Positions 24,090 through 37,771 are shown, counted from the first letter of the stretch. The stretch: DNA of 64,000 nt from Utricularia gibba (GCA_002189035.1 NEEC01000011.1:1798001-1862000), one strand, 5' to 3'. Numbers and translations are program-made. The notes: generated from the sequence alone by a model not told the origin.

Positions 24090-26684
24090 AAAAGGCTCTT
24101 CAGTTTGCTTTCTTGCAATTACTTTTTTGGATCACATGCTTTGGATGCTTTCATATTAAAGGGTGCAAATGCATCCCAAACGTTTGTCTATGAGAAGTTT
24201 GTTTTTTGCACAATTATGCATGTTTTGAGGACACGCCTGCAAGCTGCGGGGTTTTCATAAATCATCTTTTACGTGTTGTTGTAAATCGAACATGAAGAAG
24301 AAGAATATATCGAACCTTAGGTACGTAAAACGGTATTCTAAAGTATTTCACGATCCCTCACAATTCAATAGATTTTTGGAGAACTACTATCTCAAAAATT
24401 AGTTGAATATTTTTTGGGATGGGTTTGCACTCCCGTGCACACCATTTCTGAGTTTTGGAGCCCTTCGAAAGCCCAACCTGATCTAACAAATTAGAAAACT
24501 AACTACGCATGAGACTCAGCTTACTCTTAAGCTAGCAATGTGAGATTGCCAACCCACATTCTACAATACAATATTCCAACACGTGTTAACATGACAAGGG
24601 AATCTGCGAATCAAACTGAGGCTCCATTCTACAGTTACCAAGGAAGAGATTTGTAAGCTTAGAAGGAGCTTCGGCTGGGCAACACTGTGGTGTGAAAAGC
24701 AGGCCATGTGCATGGATTGTGAGCCTCATTAATTTTTTACTGTCTACAAAACTTACCCTAACAACCATTAAATTTAACTCACTAGTATATTCTCGAAAAA
24801 AAAAAACTTACCCTAAACCCTAAAAAACTTACCGCCGTTCTTGCTGGTTACATGGCCCATTCGACGGCGGAGGAGAAGATGCTCTCCGGTCAAAAAAACC
24901 CAGCTCCGTTCGGATCAGAATCGCACCAATCTGATCTTAAAAAGTCGACTTTTTGCAAGTGGGTCGCACGGATACGCTTGGGGAGTTCGAATCTATTAAA
25001 AAAAAAGTGGGCATATCGTAAGAATCAGTTAATATAATTTCTATCAACCCATATTTCATTAGTTTTCTAAAAACATTGTGACAATAATTAGATTCATAAT
25101 TTTTTTTGCACCGTAAAAAAAGTAAAAGTATATGGTTTTGCATCAAAATATAAGCTATCTCGGATAATTTGTTGAAAGTGAATAAATAAATTGTTCACTC
25201 GTATCAGTTCAAATAATCAAATATATTGAAAGTATTCATTCTTAATTATTATTAGTTTATAGATGATAAATTTTTTAGTAATTTTAATAATGAATATTTA
25301 ATATTTAGTATTTTTTATTTCAAATAATATAAAATACAATGAACTTATGGTGACGAATTTCGCTTAAAAATAATAGGGTTAAAAGTAGGTTCTGCAGTTC
25401 TCCAATTTTGCTTCCTGATACTCCATTAGATCTTTCTTCCGTCCTGGCAAAGAGCACCTCCAGCACAGGGCGCCGCCATTCTTGACCTCAAATCCCCAGA
25501 AACTTCGCGTCTAAGAAACCCTTCTGTGGCTGCGGATAAATTTGATGTACTGCCGGTTTCATCCCCCCCGCAGCTCCATTTAATTTTTTTGTAGGCTTTT
25601 GCTGCGTAAACATCTCTCTGCGATGAACTTTTTTACTTTCCATTAGCTGCCCCAAGATAAAAAAAAAAAAAAAGGGAACACGAGGCACCCACATTTTATT
25701 AGAAATCTGGACACTTTTTTATTACTTTCTGAGAAATCTGATCATACTTATCGTAATTTTTTAACGTAATGTGTATTAGAAAGTGCTAGTATGATTAGAT
25801 GTGTAAATAGCCCCACATGTCTCATGAATTTCATGTATGCAATGTTAGAATACACAATTTCATCTCGTGAAATGAAATTGAAATAATCAAATTTATAAGA
25901 AATTTTCAGATCAATATTAATATATTGAGTTTATTTTTTTTTAATATAATTTATGTTTTTGTATATTTGAATTTAATGTATACTCGTCAGAACTATCGGA
26001 TTTTAAATTTCAATAGCAACAACAATAATGAGACACAAAGCATAGTGATGGAACATGATCCATTCTGTGCGCTTCTTCGTTGCTACGTCTTCATCATATC
26101 TACTTGTATATCATATCCTCATACATCATTATTTCAGTGTGATCCATGATTTGTATCCGAATAATGATGGAAAAACGTTAAACACTATGAAATCGGACGG
26201 ATCAACCACACAACATTCTTGATTTTAAGCGGTCGTTAGTGTTCAGAAACAAGGTGGATGGATCCATTCAAGCTGCGTGCAATAAGTAGACCCTTTTTCT
26301 ACTCATTGATTCCATCATTGTTTCGTACAAAACGACAAGGAGAGCCAGGGCGAAGATAAGGCCTTTTCCTTTCCACATGTCTCGCACAATCATTGTTCCT
26401 ATTTTATACACATTTTAAATACCCTCCTAGTGCTTGCCTCGCGTACACATTCATTTGGGCATGGTAAAAATGATTACTTACAACATGTTTTATTTGAATT
26501 TTTCATATTTATAAGGGTTTAAATGATTAAAGATTCGATAAAATAGTGTTTGATAAGTGATTTGGTTGGTATGTATTCAAAATTTAATATATAAATATTA
26601 AAAATAAATTACATTGTTTCTTAAAAAAAATAATAAGATCTAGACTCTTGATATATTAAACCCACATAAGAGGTAAGTTTTTAT

Positions 26685-27260
26685 TAGACTTGAGGCCGGT
26701 TCAGAATTGAATGATTTTCTTGAACTGTTGGTTCATAAACCATGAAATACTGCTGATTTCGATTTCGATTCGAAATCGAATTTCTAAACTTTGAACGGAA
26801 CCGCATGCTTTCAGTTCAAAATTGGAACTGAAAACGTTGAATTGAACTGGAATCAGACGGTTTTGAGCTCCTATAACGACTGTGAATAATGTTTAGAAAT
26901 AATTATGAAAAATAAAGAATGTTTTCAAGACATCCGTATGAATCGTTATGTCCTATAATTACCTAAAAAATACATCATTTTTTGAATATTTTTTCAAATT
27001 TCTATAACCACTATTAAAGGTACATGAGACCAATTTTTAGGCATCCATAACAGCTAATGTGTATGTCTAATAATTAATCTCTTTTTTTTAATGATTGTTT
27101 CGCATACCTTCAATGTATCATGTGAATGCATGAAAGCACACAAACCAATGACTCATCAATTTCAAAACGTTGGTTCTACGCGGGTCAAAACCATGGTTTC
27201 CTAATTCCATATATCTTGAACCAACTCAAAATTTTATAGTCCCGATTCTTTCTAGACGGA
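26685..27260. mobile_element. Degenerate hAT-like non-autonomous relic
   Basis: Begins TAGACTTGAGGCCGGTTC. Clusters of GAACCG/GGTTC/TTCGA subterminal-type motifs at both ends. Right terminus unresolved. Confidence 0.35.
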
Positions 27261-29113
27261 CATTTTTCATTTCTAGACATCTATAACGACCATTTCTAGT
27301 TTTTATAATCATATGTACAAGTGTTTAATTAGACTTTAAGAAATCAAATGCTTTTATTTTATTTTCCCAACCAAAGATATACTTTTTTTATTAAATCTAA
27401 GATAATCGACACATGTAAATGATGTATGATCACTTTTATAAATTACACGGCTTTTATGAACTGGATTCCAAACTCCCCAACTAGATCATCATCGTGCAAC
27501 GGATATCTTTCAATATTGGCCTCTATGGGAGCATTTATTCTGTATTTTCTAGTCGAATTATCCCCTTCTATACTAATATTTTTACACATTTGTCGTCTAT
27601 GAATTTAACATAAGCTTTGATTTTACATAATTATAATATATTATTATATTAGTAACCGACCAGATGCACTCGCTAGGAATTCACAGCACAGAAGGCCTCT
27701 TGGGGGCGGCTTGACCTTGGTTCCACGTGGACCAATGGAAAAGGTGCCGCGCTCTCTAAGGCCCCACCACATTGGAAGTTTAAACCAGAGTGGGCGCAAG
27801 CTTCCAAATACAGCAAATTTGTATTCTTTCAATATTTAAATCAATGCCGCGCCCCATCCCCTTGACTGACCACATAATATTTCTATTTTAAACATTTTAA
27901 AAATTCCCACATGTAGGAAAAATCTGATGAAAAACTATGCATTTATTTATCATAAAAATAATTGTATTATCCAATAACGTAAATTAATTTGAGAGTATCA
28001 AATTGCATAGAAGATATTCGTTCATTTCGTGGTTCGTGTATCGTTATAATTTTCGATTATTTGGTTTTGCGGGTTCATAATCCATATGGAAGAGTATGGT
28101 TTTAGAATAGCAGTTGGTTATGGTTGTGATCCCTACTCAACGCATGGGGCATGGGAACAGATGGAATAGCAATGGGATATGTACCACGCGTGTATCTAAA
28201 CAATTTAGAAAAATAAAAAAGCAACTTTAACTTTGATCATGTAGAAAGGGGTTGACTTTAGCATAATAAACACATTGAATCTATTCGAACTATCTTAGAT
28301 CATTTTTTTCACACATATATCTTGTTATGTTGTGGGTAAGAGAGAAACATATATATAATTGATGATAATATTTAAATTAAGTATCTAATGAATTAAGTGA
28401 TCATGTGTGAAACAAAACTATACAAGAAATGTGAATCATGTAATGACCTAATATTTTATTGTACAATATTTATATGTATTTTATTTATCTTGATTTTACA
28501 TTCTTCATTTTGAAAAAAATGCATTATATAAGATTATAGAAATTTCTTTATATAAATTGTATCGGTATCTCATCTGTAACCGATATAATATTTGATTAAG
28601 ATACTTCTACCTTTCTTTGGGTTGGATCCTTTCGCTCCCCATTAAAAATTCAGTGTTCTTGGTAAAGTTTGCCCCCACCTTCGATTATAGATTTAGGTTT
28701 GACTCTAATACCATATGTATTTTTACGATATTGTCTCTTTCGAGTATGCTATCATCTTGATTTTACCTTTATGTATCAATGTGAGATTCTTTATTTTAAT
28801 AGATAATATTCACGATTATTTTCCCTGTGTTTTAAGGGAAGAGGTGATTACAGCAACTTCCTATGAGTTTCTTGTATGGTAATTTACAAGCTTTATGCAA
28901 CTAATTTACAACCACAAACTGACTCCACAGTGCGCATTGTTTGGATCCAATGGGAGGAACCCAAACCGGCATTTCACAAATACACATCAACCAACAACTA
29001 AATTGTCTTATTTCTTTCTTTCTTTCTTCATCTTTATCATCTACTCCATGTTGTGTATGTACCGTACCAGATTCTAGACAGCAGCTGCATTGGGATGCTT
29101 TGTAAGCCTTTCT

Positions 29114-30073
29114 TTATATGGCTAGGACCCCGGTAGGGGCTCTGTGTGGAATGCCCTTTCGGCGCTTCACCGTCCGGTAGTTCGCCGGCAGGGGCGTCGA
29201 CGGTGAAAAGCTAGGGAATCCGGTGGTGGGCCGGCCGTGGCTGATGCTGCTGCTGTAGGAGTCATCAGAGTCGGCCGCCTCAAACTTGTTCTTTTTCTCC
29301 TTCTGAAAATTCTTGGATGTCCCAGCAATCTGATAAACACGGAAAAGGTCAACTTGGCGGATTCAGGGGGTAGAAAATTGGATTCGAATTATTGAATTGA
29401 GAAGAAGAGACAGGGACCTTGCAGCCCAGAGAGCAGAATCTGAATGAGTCAAGAAGGCTGCGATCACAAACGTGGCAAGTGTTCGTGACCCCTTTTCCAG
29501 GTCTGGGCTGTGGGCGCTCATTGAGGAAGACAACTTTGGCACTGTTGATTATGTATGTCTGAACAGAGGATATGTCCAAATACTTCTGGATTTCAGAAAC
29601 CCTAATCACATCATGGTAGGAGGATCTCCGAATCTGCAAAACTCAAATCTTTATCACTATAAACCCATCGGCGAACTCAAAACTCCGAGTCAACGCTCGA
29701 GAAACAGAGCAAATTTTGAGTAAGGGAGAAATTGGGGGATTGACCTGAATGGCGCGATGGTCCCTGTGATTAGATAAACAGAGGGAACAAAGAGGGCCAT
29801 TTGTGCAGTCCAGACAATACATATTACATTCGCTTTTATGGGAATCCACATGGAACTTGCACTGCCCAAAGAAGTGTTCTTTGAGCAAAGGTTTCAGCCA
29901 TGGCGGCCATCGATTGCCCTCCCCATCAGGCCCTCCAGCTCCCTGCACCACACCAAGTTAAAAAAACACAAAAATCCAGCAACCAAAAACCAGTACCCCA
30001 TACAAACCATGATTCTCCGATTGCAGGGAGGTCTGATTTCGCGAACAGGGGCTCCTCGATTCTCGATCGCCAG
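29114..30073 (-). CDS. PLATZ zinc-binding transcription factor; exons 30073(CTG)/30010(ATG)-30008, 29942-29745, 29633-29418, 29329-29114
   Basis: [20 protein letters not shown]...CNMYCLDC...CSLC...HRAIQ|[12 protein letters not shown]...[18 protein letters not shown]...FCSLGCK|IAG...[11 protein letters not shown]. Confidence 0.93.
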
Positions 30074-30689
30074 CTCAGAAACGGGCGTCAAAATTTGCGT
30101 TCCAATAGAAAGAGGAAAAGAAAGAGAGAAAGGGGGGGCGTGGGAAGGGAATGAGCAAGTGGAGGAGAAAGCACTCAGAGAAGAAATAGGGAGAAGAAGT
30201 TGACAGCAGCGCAGGTTCGGTGGGTGGGTGGGGTTGGGGAGAGCGATTTTTCTCGTTCTTATCCCTGAATGAACTCAGAGCCCATGAGCGGGGGCCTAGG
30301 CCCCCAACCAGAAGATAGATAGATGCCTTTGTCAACTCAACTACACATGAAAGACGTTCCTGTCTTCTTTGCTTTGCACATCCGATCCCTGTCCCTCTTC
30401 TCCAGTATCAATCTCTGGTCCTCCGCCCTAGTCATTCTTTGCTTGCAGTAACTTAACGGTCAAGATCCTCTACTCCGCGACACACCAGAAACTCATGGAT
30501 CCTATCATCACACGCGGGTGTGGGAACTTCAGTCAATTAATATTTACAAATCTCGACAACCGACTATATGATATATATATATATATATAATGTTTATATT
30601 AATACGAAAAATAAATGAAGAATGATCATATTGTAATGACTCTATAATATAATGTTATTGATGGGAAAATAAATCTATACACACCACTT

Positions 30690-31400
30690 GGATGTGAAAT
30701 CGGTAGGAGGTCTCAAGCCTATTCGGACGGTTTATGGCAGGCCGATACACCTCCAATATTCAGAGTTGGATAATAACGGTCGTTTTGACAGTCTTAAAAA
30801 TAGTTGAATTATAGAAATTTCAGAACCATCGACAATTATTAGAATCATAATACAGTTAACAGGCGTTTAAAAAAAACGACATCTATAAAATTCAATTGGA
30901 TCAGCTCCCCTTATAAATATAATGAAGTTCGAAGAAAAAAGATTTGAAATCTTTACATTCCACTTATATTCTTCATACTTCCTCCATTAATGAAACTGAT
31001 TTCCGACAAGTTACGACAATTTCGTGGTTTGTTTTTCCGTTTCCCGACGATTTTTAAGTAAAAATCCTTATCTCTTTTTATCTATTTTGCCCTCAACACT
31101 AACCCGAAATCGGTATTTTCCAAATCGGATTCTTCAAAACCCAATTTACAGCCCTGAAACTGGTCGAATCCAACAGGACCAATTTTCAACCGCAACAGTT
31201 ATAATCCAAAAATTGAATACATTTCAGAATATTAAAAATGATTCTATTTTATATAATTTGAATCCAAGATTAAAATACAGAAGAATCTCATTATCTCTTG
31301 TCGGAGTATTTAGACAAGACAAGCGTGTAATTATCATAACTTGCACTAAAAATGGTTATTAAAAGCCGAATCCTCCAATAAAAGGAGTTAGTTAGTCACG
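30690..31400. mobile_element. Possible degenerate LTR fragment (solo-LTR-like)
   Basis: Begins TG, contains ccgatacacctcc (resembles recalled Gypsy LTR 5' motifs) and TATA-like ctataaa/ccttataaata. Less AT-rich than its flanks. No TSD found. Confidence 0.3.
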
Positions 31401-34227
31401 CAACTGATGTGCATTTGCATTATTGGAAATCATGACTTCATCCAAAATACTGTCACAAATTATTGAGTACAATTCCCATGGCTATCTCTATTTTTGTTTA
31501 TGTTTTTTTTATTCATTGAAATCGACCTTTTAAAAATTTATTCAAAAATTTAAAATAATTTTAATAATAAATGAAAATTTACGCATATAAATTTAAAATC
31601 GTACTCTATAAATATATCTATTTTAAAAAGAATTCTATAAGTCTACAAATCACCTTTTATATTATTATAATTTTAAAAAAATTGAAGAGAAACCATAATT
31701 GAAATTATTATAAATTTATATCCTATAATCATTCACAATAGAGGGGATATAATTGGATTGATTCTAAAAATCACTAATTATAGAAAGAAGATGAATAAAG
31801 GTTTAAAATGTAGAAATAATTCTTAAAATAACCATTAATTCCATCAAAAAGAAATTATTTTTTAGGAATTATAAAGGTGAATGTTTTTTCTAGGGATAGA
31901 GAGTATTATTAAAGAAAATATTTTAATAATATATATTTAGTTTATATTTTAAGAATAGTTCTGGTAATAAAAAGAAGAGAGATATGACATGCCACGTGGA
32001 GGATTGATTGACAATGGGGGCATATAAAATAAAGTATCTGATGTGTCAAAATTCATTTCTAGATACGTGTAATCTTTTTCACTTGTTTAGAAATAAGAAT
32101 CATTTCTAATAATTTTTTTTTATTTTTAAAATATAATTCATTCATATTTAATAATAAAGATACCTATGAAATTATTTTCAGAAAAAGAGGTTGTTAGAAG
32201 TCTAACCAAAACATTTGCATGATGAATCTTACTATCTAATGTAAATCATCTAATAATATTTTGTATAATACATGAATTATTTTATTGTATAATTTATTCT
32301 TTTTGTAATATTGTATTCATTGGAACTATAACAAAAATTAACATGGATAGTATCTCATAATTTTTAATTATATTTTAAAAAATAAAAATTATTAATCTTT
32401 TTTGAAAAATCATTTCAAAATTAATTTTAACAGAATTAAAAATTATGATAGAATGATAATTATTATATATTTCAAAGAGTTTTTTAGAATGTTATTATAA
32501 AATCAATTTATGTTTGAAATGTAAAAAAAATGATTTTAAATAAATGATATATTTTATCTATATTTATTAATAATTATATTTATAAATTTATAAATTTAAA
32601 AAATACGTTTTGTATATCATTATATTATAAAAATATTATATAATTTTTGAATTATAATTTATATTGTTATTTTAATTTGAATATATTTATATTAACATTA
32701 TAATTTAAAAATTAAGTAATTAAATTATTTATAAAAAAACGAGTGTAAACAATTTCAATCTTATAATCTATTCTATAAAATCCATTTTTTTAAAGAAGCT
32801 ATTATCTTATGATTCTCATAGTGATTTTAAAAAAATTAATTTTGATAAAATAATATTCAATATATGTTTGAAAGATAAAAACAATCCTATCAAAATAGAA
32901 TTAATTTTGGGAAATTCCAAACTATTATTTAAACAAATTGCACACATTCTTCAATTTAATGGTGGTTTAGATTGAATGAAATTTAAGCATGAAGTGAACC
33001 CATGATCCTTACATGCGTCCACTTCACTTCTTGCTTAAAGAGAATTGATTCATTGATTCCAATTAAATGTCATGACATTTAATGTTTTTTTATATATAAA
33101 AGCAATATGAATAGAATATTTATCTAAGGCGGTAGAGGATGGTCAACTTGCGAACGATTTTTTATTCTTGCTACGACAACTACAAGGAATCCAATAATGA
33201 TGTTAACTGCTGGTCTGATGGAGTGGAGTAGGTTAATCCCTTTCTTGCCCAAGGTTTGATTACCATTTCCTCCTTCAGCTACACAAGCTGATGATCAGGT
33301 GGGAGGATGGAAGCCCGATTCCTCTCTTTTCCAATGGTGCTGATGCCTATGAGTATGAATAACTCGTGGACTATGTTCATCAGTATGAGTAGACTCGTCG
33401 ATTTAATTCAATTTTTTAAAATAAGAAAATATTTTGGATCAATTTAATGATTAATTATCTTTCTTTCTTTTTTTCCAACCCAATTATTAATCTCAATTAC
33501 AACCAATATTATATCAGATTTAGTGTTTCAAAGGTTTTCAGTTATATCATTTTCTATATATTTTCAATGTGGTTTTTAAATCAATTTTTTCTGCTATTTT
33601 GCTGCAAAATGGATGAATTAGAAATGTGTATATATCATATATTGTGTGATAAACTTAGTCAAACAAAATATAATTTTTTTAACTTTAGTGAGAGAATGTA
33701 CGGATAAACATTTTTCTAAATGACCTATAACAAGAGATGAATATGAGTCTTGACATGCTGGGAAGGGTTGTGATGCACCAAGGGAAGGGATTGGATAAAT
33801 AATACTTTGATTATAAATGAGAAAGAAGATGTGATTGAATATAATGATTACGTAAATTTTGTACGAAATTTTTTTTCAACGACTAGATCATATTCTTGGT
33901 AAAAATTTTAAAATTAAATGTTTTTAACTTGATCTTATTTGAGGATAGGTAAAAGTATAGATCAAAGATGAAAAAAACGTAAAAATGTGATTACTAAATA
34001 TTCGATCGTGATAATATGGAAAGTGTGCATGAGGTTCACTCCATGGTGCGCTGTGTGTAACAGCTGTGCAGCCTCAGCGCCTGGGAGCTGTGCAGGATTC
34101 GCTCAGAATTTCCCATATTGAAAACCGGTTTTGTATAGATTTATGTAGGTGGGGAGTTTCCTGTTTACAATCATCTGTGAGACAACTACTTCTTGTAGTT
34201 GAATTCTGTACAAAATCTGGTAATGAG

Positions 34228-34246
34228 TACTACTACTACTACTACT
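34228..34246. repeat. (TAC)n microsatellite just 3' of the BCM stop codon
   Basis: tactactactactactact. Confidence 0.85.
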
Positions 34247-34254
34247 AATGCTAC

Positions 34255-36399
34255 TCATTGTCTGTTTCCAACTTGGGAGTCTACTTTCAGCTTCTGAATT
34301 CTCTTCCTCAGTCTCCGCTGATGGTCATGCATCTTCCACAGACCGTGCCCCAGAACCACAGTTGAGTAGATTCCATGTGTCATCATAGGCGCCAGAATGT
34401 TGTTGGTCTGCTCCACAAGAATATGCAAATCCGATCAAATGGTCAGTCGAAAAAGGATCAAAAACCAGGGTGTTGCATGAATTTACCTGAATCCATTCAA
34501 AACCAAGGTAAAGAGCCAACAGTGATTCCAACAGAGGAGAGTATATTTTCTTCATCTGCCTTCTTTCATACCATGCTGCAAAACCAAAACTTGTAGAGAT
34601 TAAAAGCTCATCATTGCTGAGTACATGTTTCTTTCGGTTCAGACACAGAATTGCGTAGCTGAGAACTTTACCAGCAAAGAGCTTTCTAATATCTTCAGAA
34701 CGGGATTTAAGTATGGGTGCAACCACGTATGTTGGGTCTGAAAACAGATCATGGTTCTTGGTTGAGCTTTCCAAAAGCTTAAAAATGGGCACCCTTAAAA
34801 GTATACTGACCTTTAGGTGAAGCAGCAACATAGTAGAGCCAACCAGTGAGTGCTGCAGTGATCACTGCAGCGAATGCTTGTGCGAATGGTACGAATGGTG
34901 GCAATATGCCGGCCTGTAACACGATTAGAAAACGCAGGTATGATTCCTCCTTCTGTAGGAAACGAAATCGTGTCGAAACGACGCAACTATGCGGATTACC
35001 ACGGATGCCATTCCTCGAGGATCAGCTACCATGTCATTGCCCTTGAGGAAAATTTCTGCAAGTGCACCCTGGAACAACTCGGGAAGTTTTAGTTGAAAGA
35101 AAAACACAAGCTTCGAAAAGAGAATATGTGGAGAAGGGGTACCTGAACAGCAGCCCTATAGAAGAGCTCCTCGCCGACAGAGCTCGCAGCTACAATCAGC
35201 ATGAACTGCATGATATTAAAAAAGTGAAGTAAATGAAGGCAAATTGGAATCTAGCAATGGAAGTGTGAGTGATGAACCGGAATATTTACCTGCCACGCTG
35301 ACATTCCAAAGAAGAAGCTCCTCAATTCTTCATCCTCAACATCTCTGATAGCACGAGCATGTGGAGACAACTTCACAACCTCATCCTGTACCACAGCAAG
35401 CTTAGTTTTATGATTCAATAAGTTTAAGCTGCTTGCTTAAGCTTCTATTCATGCAATACAAACAACTTGCAACATTTCATACTCAGCAAAAACTTTATTG
35501 ATGTTAAAAGGGTATGAAAATGTAGGATTTTGGCCATAGAATCCCTACATCTAGAATAAAGAGGAGAGCCATGATTGGAGGAGCTGCGTAACCCAATCCT
35601 TCAACAATGGCGTCCAAGGATAGATCAAAGCCCCCATTGCAATCGATTCCAGAAATGGAGCATATAAATTTTCCTGCTAGAGCCATTGCTCCGTATATTC
35701 CTGTGGTAATAAAGCAAGCATGAGTACAAAACTATTCCATAAAGTATCCAGAAACAAAAAGGTAAGCTTTTCTTTTGCAGGAGCAATCAGAAAATATTTA
35801 GCTTTATCAGATGCAAGATGTATAACAACTGATTCGGGTCTATAGAAAGAAAGCTATTTGAAAAAGCTCTTCATTGAAATGCACAAACAGAACAACTTGT
35901 CCAAAACAATCCCCAACACCCAGCTAGTCTTTAACATATCAGCTGAAGCCATAAAATTGCAACTTCAACTAGTAGAATCCCACAAAGGAAGCAATAAAAG
36001 CTACGCAATGTTGACTCTGAACACCCATAACAATTCGAATACCCAACTAACAACCAAATAATGGAACTTTAAAAAGGTATAGAAAACTCGCAGGGAGACA
36101 AAAGACTAACCAATTCCATAACCCAGTCTCACAATAGCTCCAATTTTATCCCACACGGAAAACTCAGCAGAAGCATCATTGAAGCTCTGATTGAATGTGG
36201 TGGTCACCTCCATCGCTTGAACCCTGTAACTTCCGCCTTCCCTCTCCCTTGTCTCCACCACTTCTCCGCGTCCGCCATTGGTATCAGCTCTCACCAGCAC
36301 CTCAAACCTCCTTCTTCTCTCCGGCAACAACAAATGTCCACTATACCTACCACACCCACACAACGGCCTCGCTGTTAAGGCTACTAATGATATCTCCAT
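34255..36399 (-). CDS. BCM1: Chloroplast CAAX-protease-like (Abi/CPBP) protein, BCM1/BCM2 family, multi-exon
   Basis: MEISLV...AMEVTTT...VWDKIGAIVRLGYGI|GIYGAMALAG...ALLFILD|DEVVKLSPHARAIRDVEDEELRSFF..|..GEELFYRAAVQ|...AWYERRQMKKIYSPLLE...|TNNILAPMMTHGIY. Confidence 0.9.
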
Positions 36400-36916
36400 G
36401 GACCCAGAAACAGAGTAGGATCTCAGATCAGGAGCAAGTTGTTGGGCGATGTCCAACTAGAGAAGAAGAAGAAGTGTCGGTACAATTGATGGAGAGCATA
36501 GTTTGTGGGGCTGCGTAGATTTTTCAGGGCCAGTTGTTTCAGTGCCATTTGTGTTGCTGGTTTGCGTGGCTCCAGCGCCACACACTTGAAGATGAATGGT
36601 ATCCGTTCAGCCAATCAGAGTTCAGAGGATTATGTTCTCTGGATAACGTGGAAGGCGCCATTGAAGATTCCTATGCAAATCTCGCTTCTTGTGGATAACG
36701 TGAAAGGCACTGATGAACATTGACACTTAAAACATGACTCCTATTTTATGCATATGGAGTGGTAACAATTTACCCACTGTTCAATCTTTGGAGTGGTACT
36801 CAATTCCAATGAGGAATTTATAGCAAGGATGGAGGGTGTGTATTGACACAAAAAGGCAACGTCTTGTTAGATACAGGTAAAATTTAAATAGTATTTTGGA
36901 AAATTTTTGAAATATA

Positions 36917-37080
36917 TTTTTTTAAAATTATTTTAAAAAAGTATAAATAAAAAATAAAATTAATATACTACTTAATTTTCCAAAAATAATTTTTGTAGTA
37001 TAATTTTAAAAATATTTTTTGATATAATTAATTTTATAATTGATAGTGTTATAGAATAAAATTATTTTTATTTTTGAAAA
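36917..37080. repeat. AT-rich dispersed repeat, copy 2 (similar to 22640-22870)
   Basis: Shares the conserved blocks of copy 1 and lacks about 70-90 bp present there. Confidence 0.5.
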
Positions 37081-37229
37081 GTAAATATGTCTCTACGTAT
37101 TTCTTTGGAGTGAGGGTTTTTAAATTCTAAATTTAATTGTTGAGTAAATACGTCTCAAATGTTGTAGTGAATTTAGAATTGGAAAACTGTGCACCCTTGA
37201 TTATCTGATGTTGGATTTGAATTGGAGTA

Positions 37230-37445
37230 ATTGTTTGGGCTGCCCATGGTGAATTTTTGGGTTGGACATATTGAATTTCTGTGCTGGGCCATTTTGAATT
37301 TATGGGCTGAACCACGTTAATTCCTTGGCCAGGCCTCATTGAATTTCTGGGCTGGTAATTGGAAAATCCAAGAGATTAGAAACCGTATACGGTTGGGCCC
37401 GCTGAACAAGGGCTCAAAGAGAAACCAACTAGGGTTTTCCTAAGG
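37230..37445 (+). promoter_or_regulatory. Ribosomal-protein-type promoter: site II (TGGGCY) cluster plus telo-box
   Basis: Five TGGGCC/TGGGCT sites (~37236, 37266, 37283, 37347, 37395), partly in a repeated ttgaattt..tggg unit. TAGGGTTT at ~37432, immediately upstream of RPL28. Confidence 0.75.
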
Positions 37446-37771
37446 GTCCTTGAAATAAATACTTGAGAAGCTTTCAGTACCGGCGCTCCACGGTGTTGAA
37501 GTTTTGCTTCACTTTCCGTTTCCACCGCCTCCGCCGTGAATATAAACTGGTACTGTATCATTAGCTGGTATTGAAGATGCCTGTTTAGTTGATACGATGT
37601 TTCAAGGCTTATTTCTAGGATTGGATTGGCATGCTATTCCTTCATGGTTTGCAAATGGATTTCTGTGGTTTTTGTGCTTATCGCAATGCGCCTATCGAGT
37701 TAATAGTCTGGTAAATCGATTATTTTTTTGTGTTGTGTTTTGACTGTTGGTTGTTTTATTTTATGGCAGAA

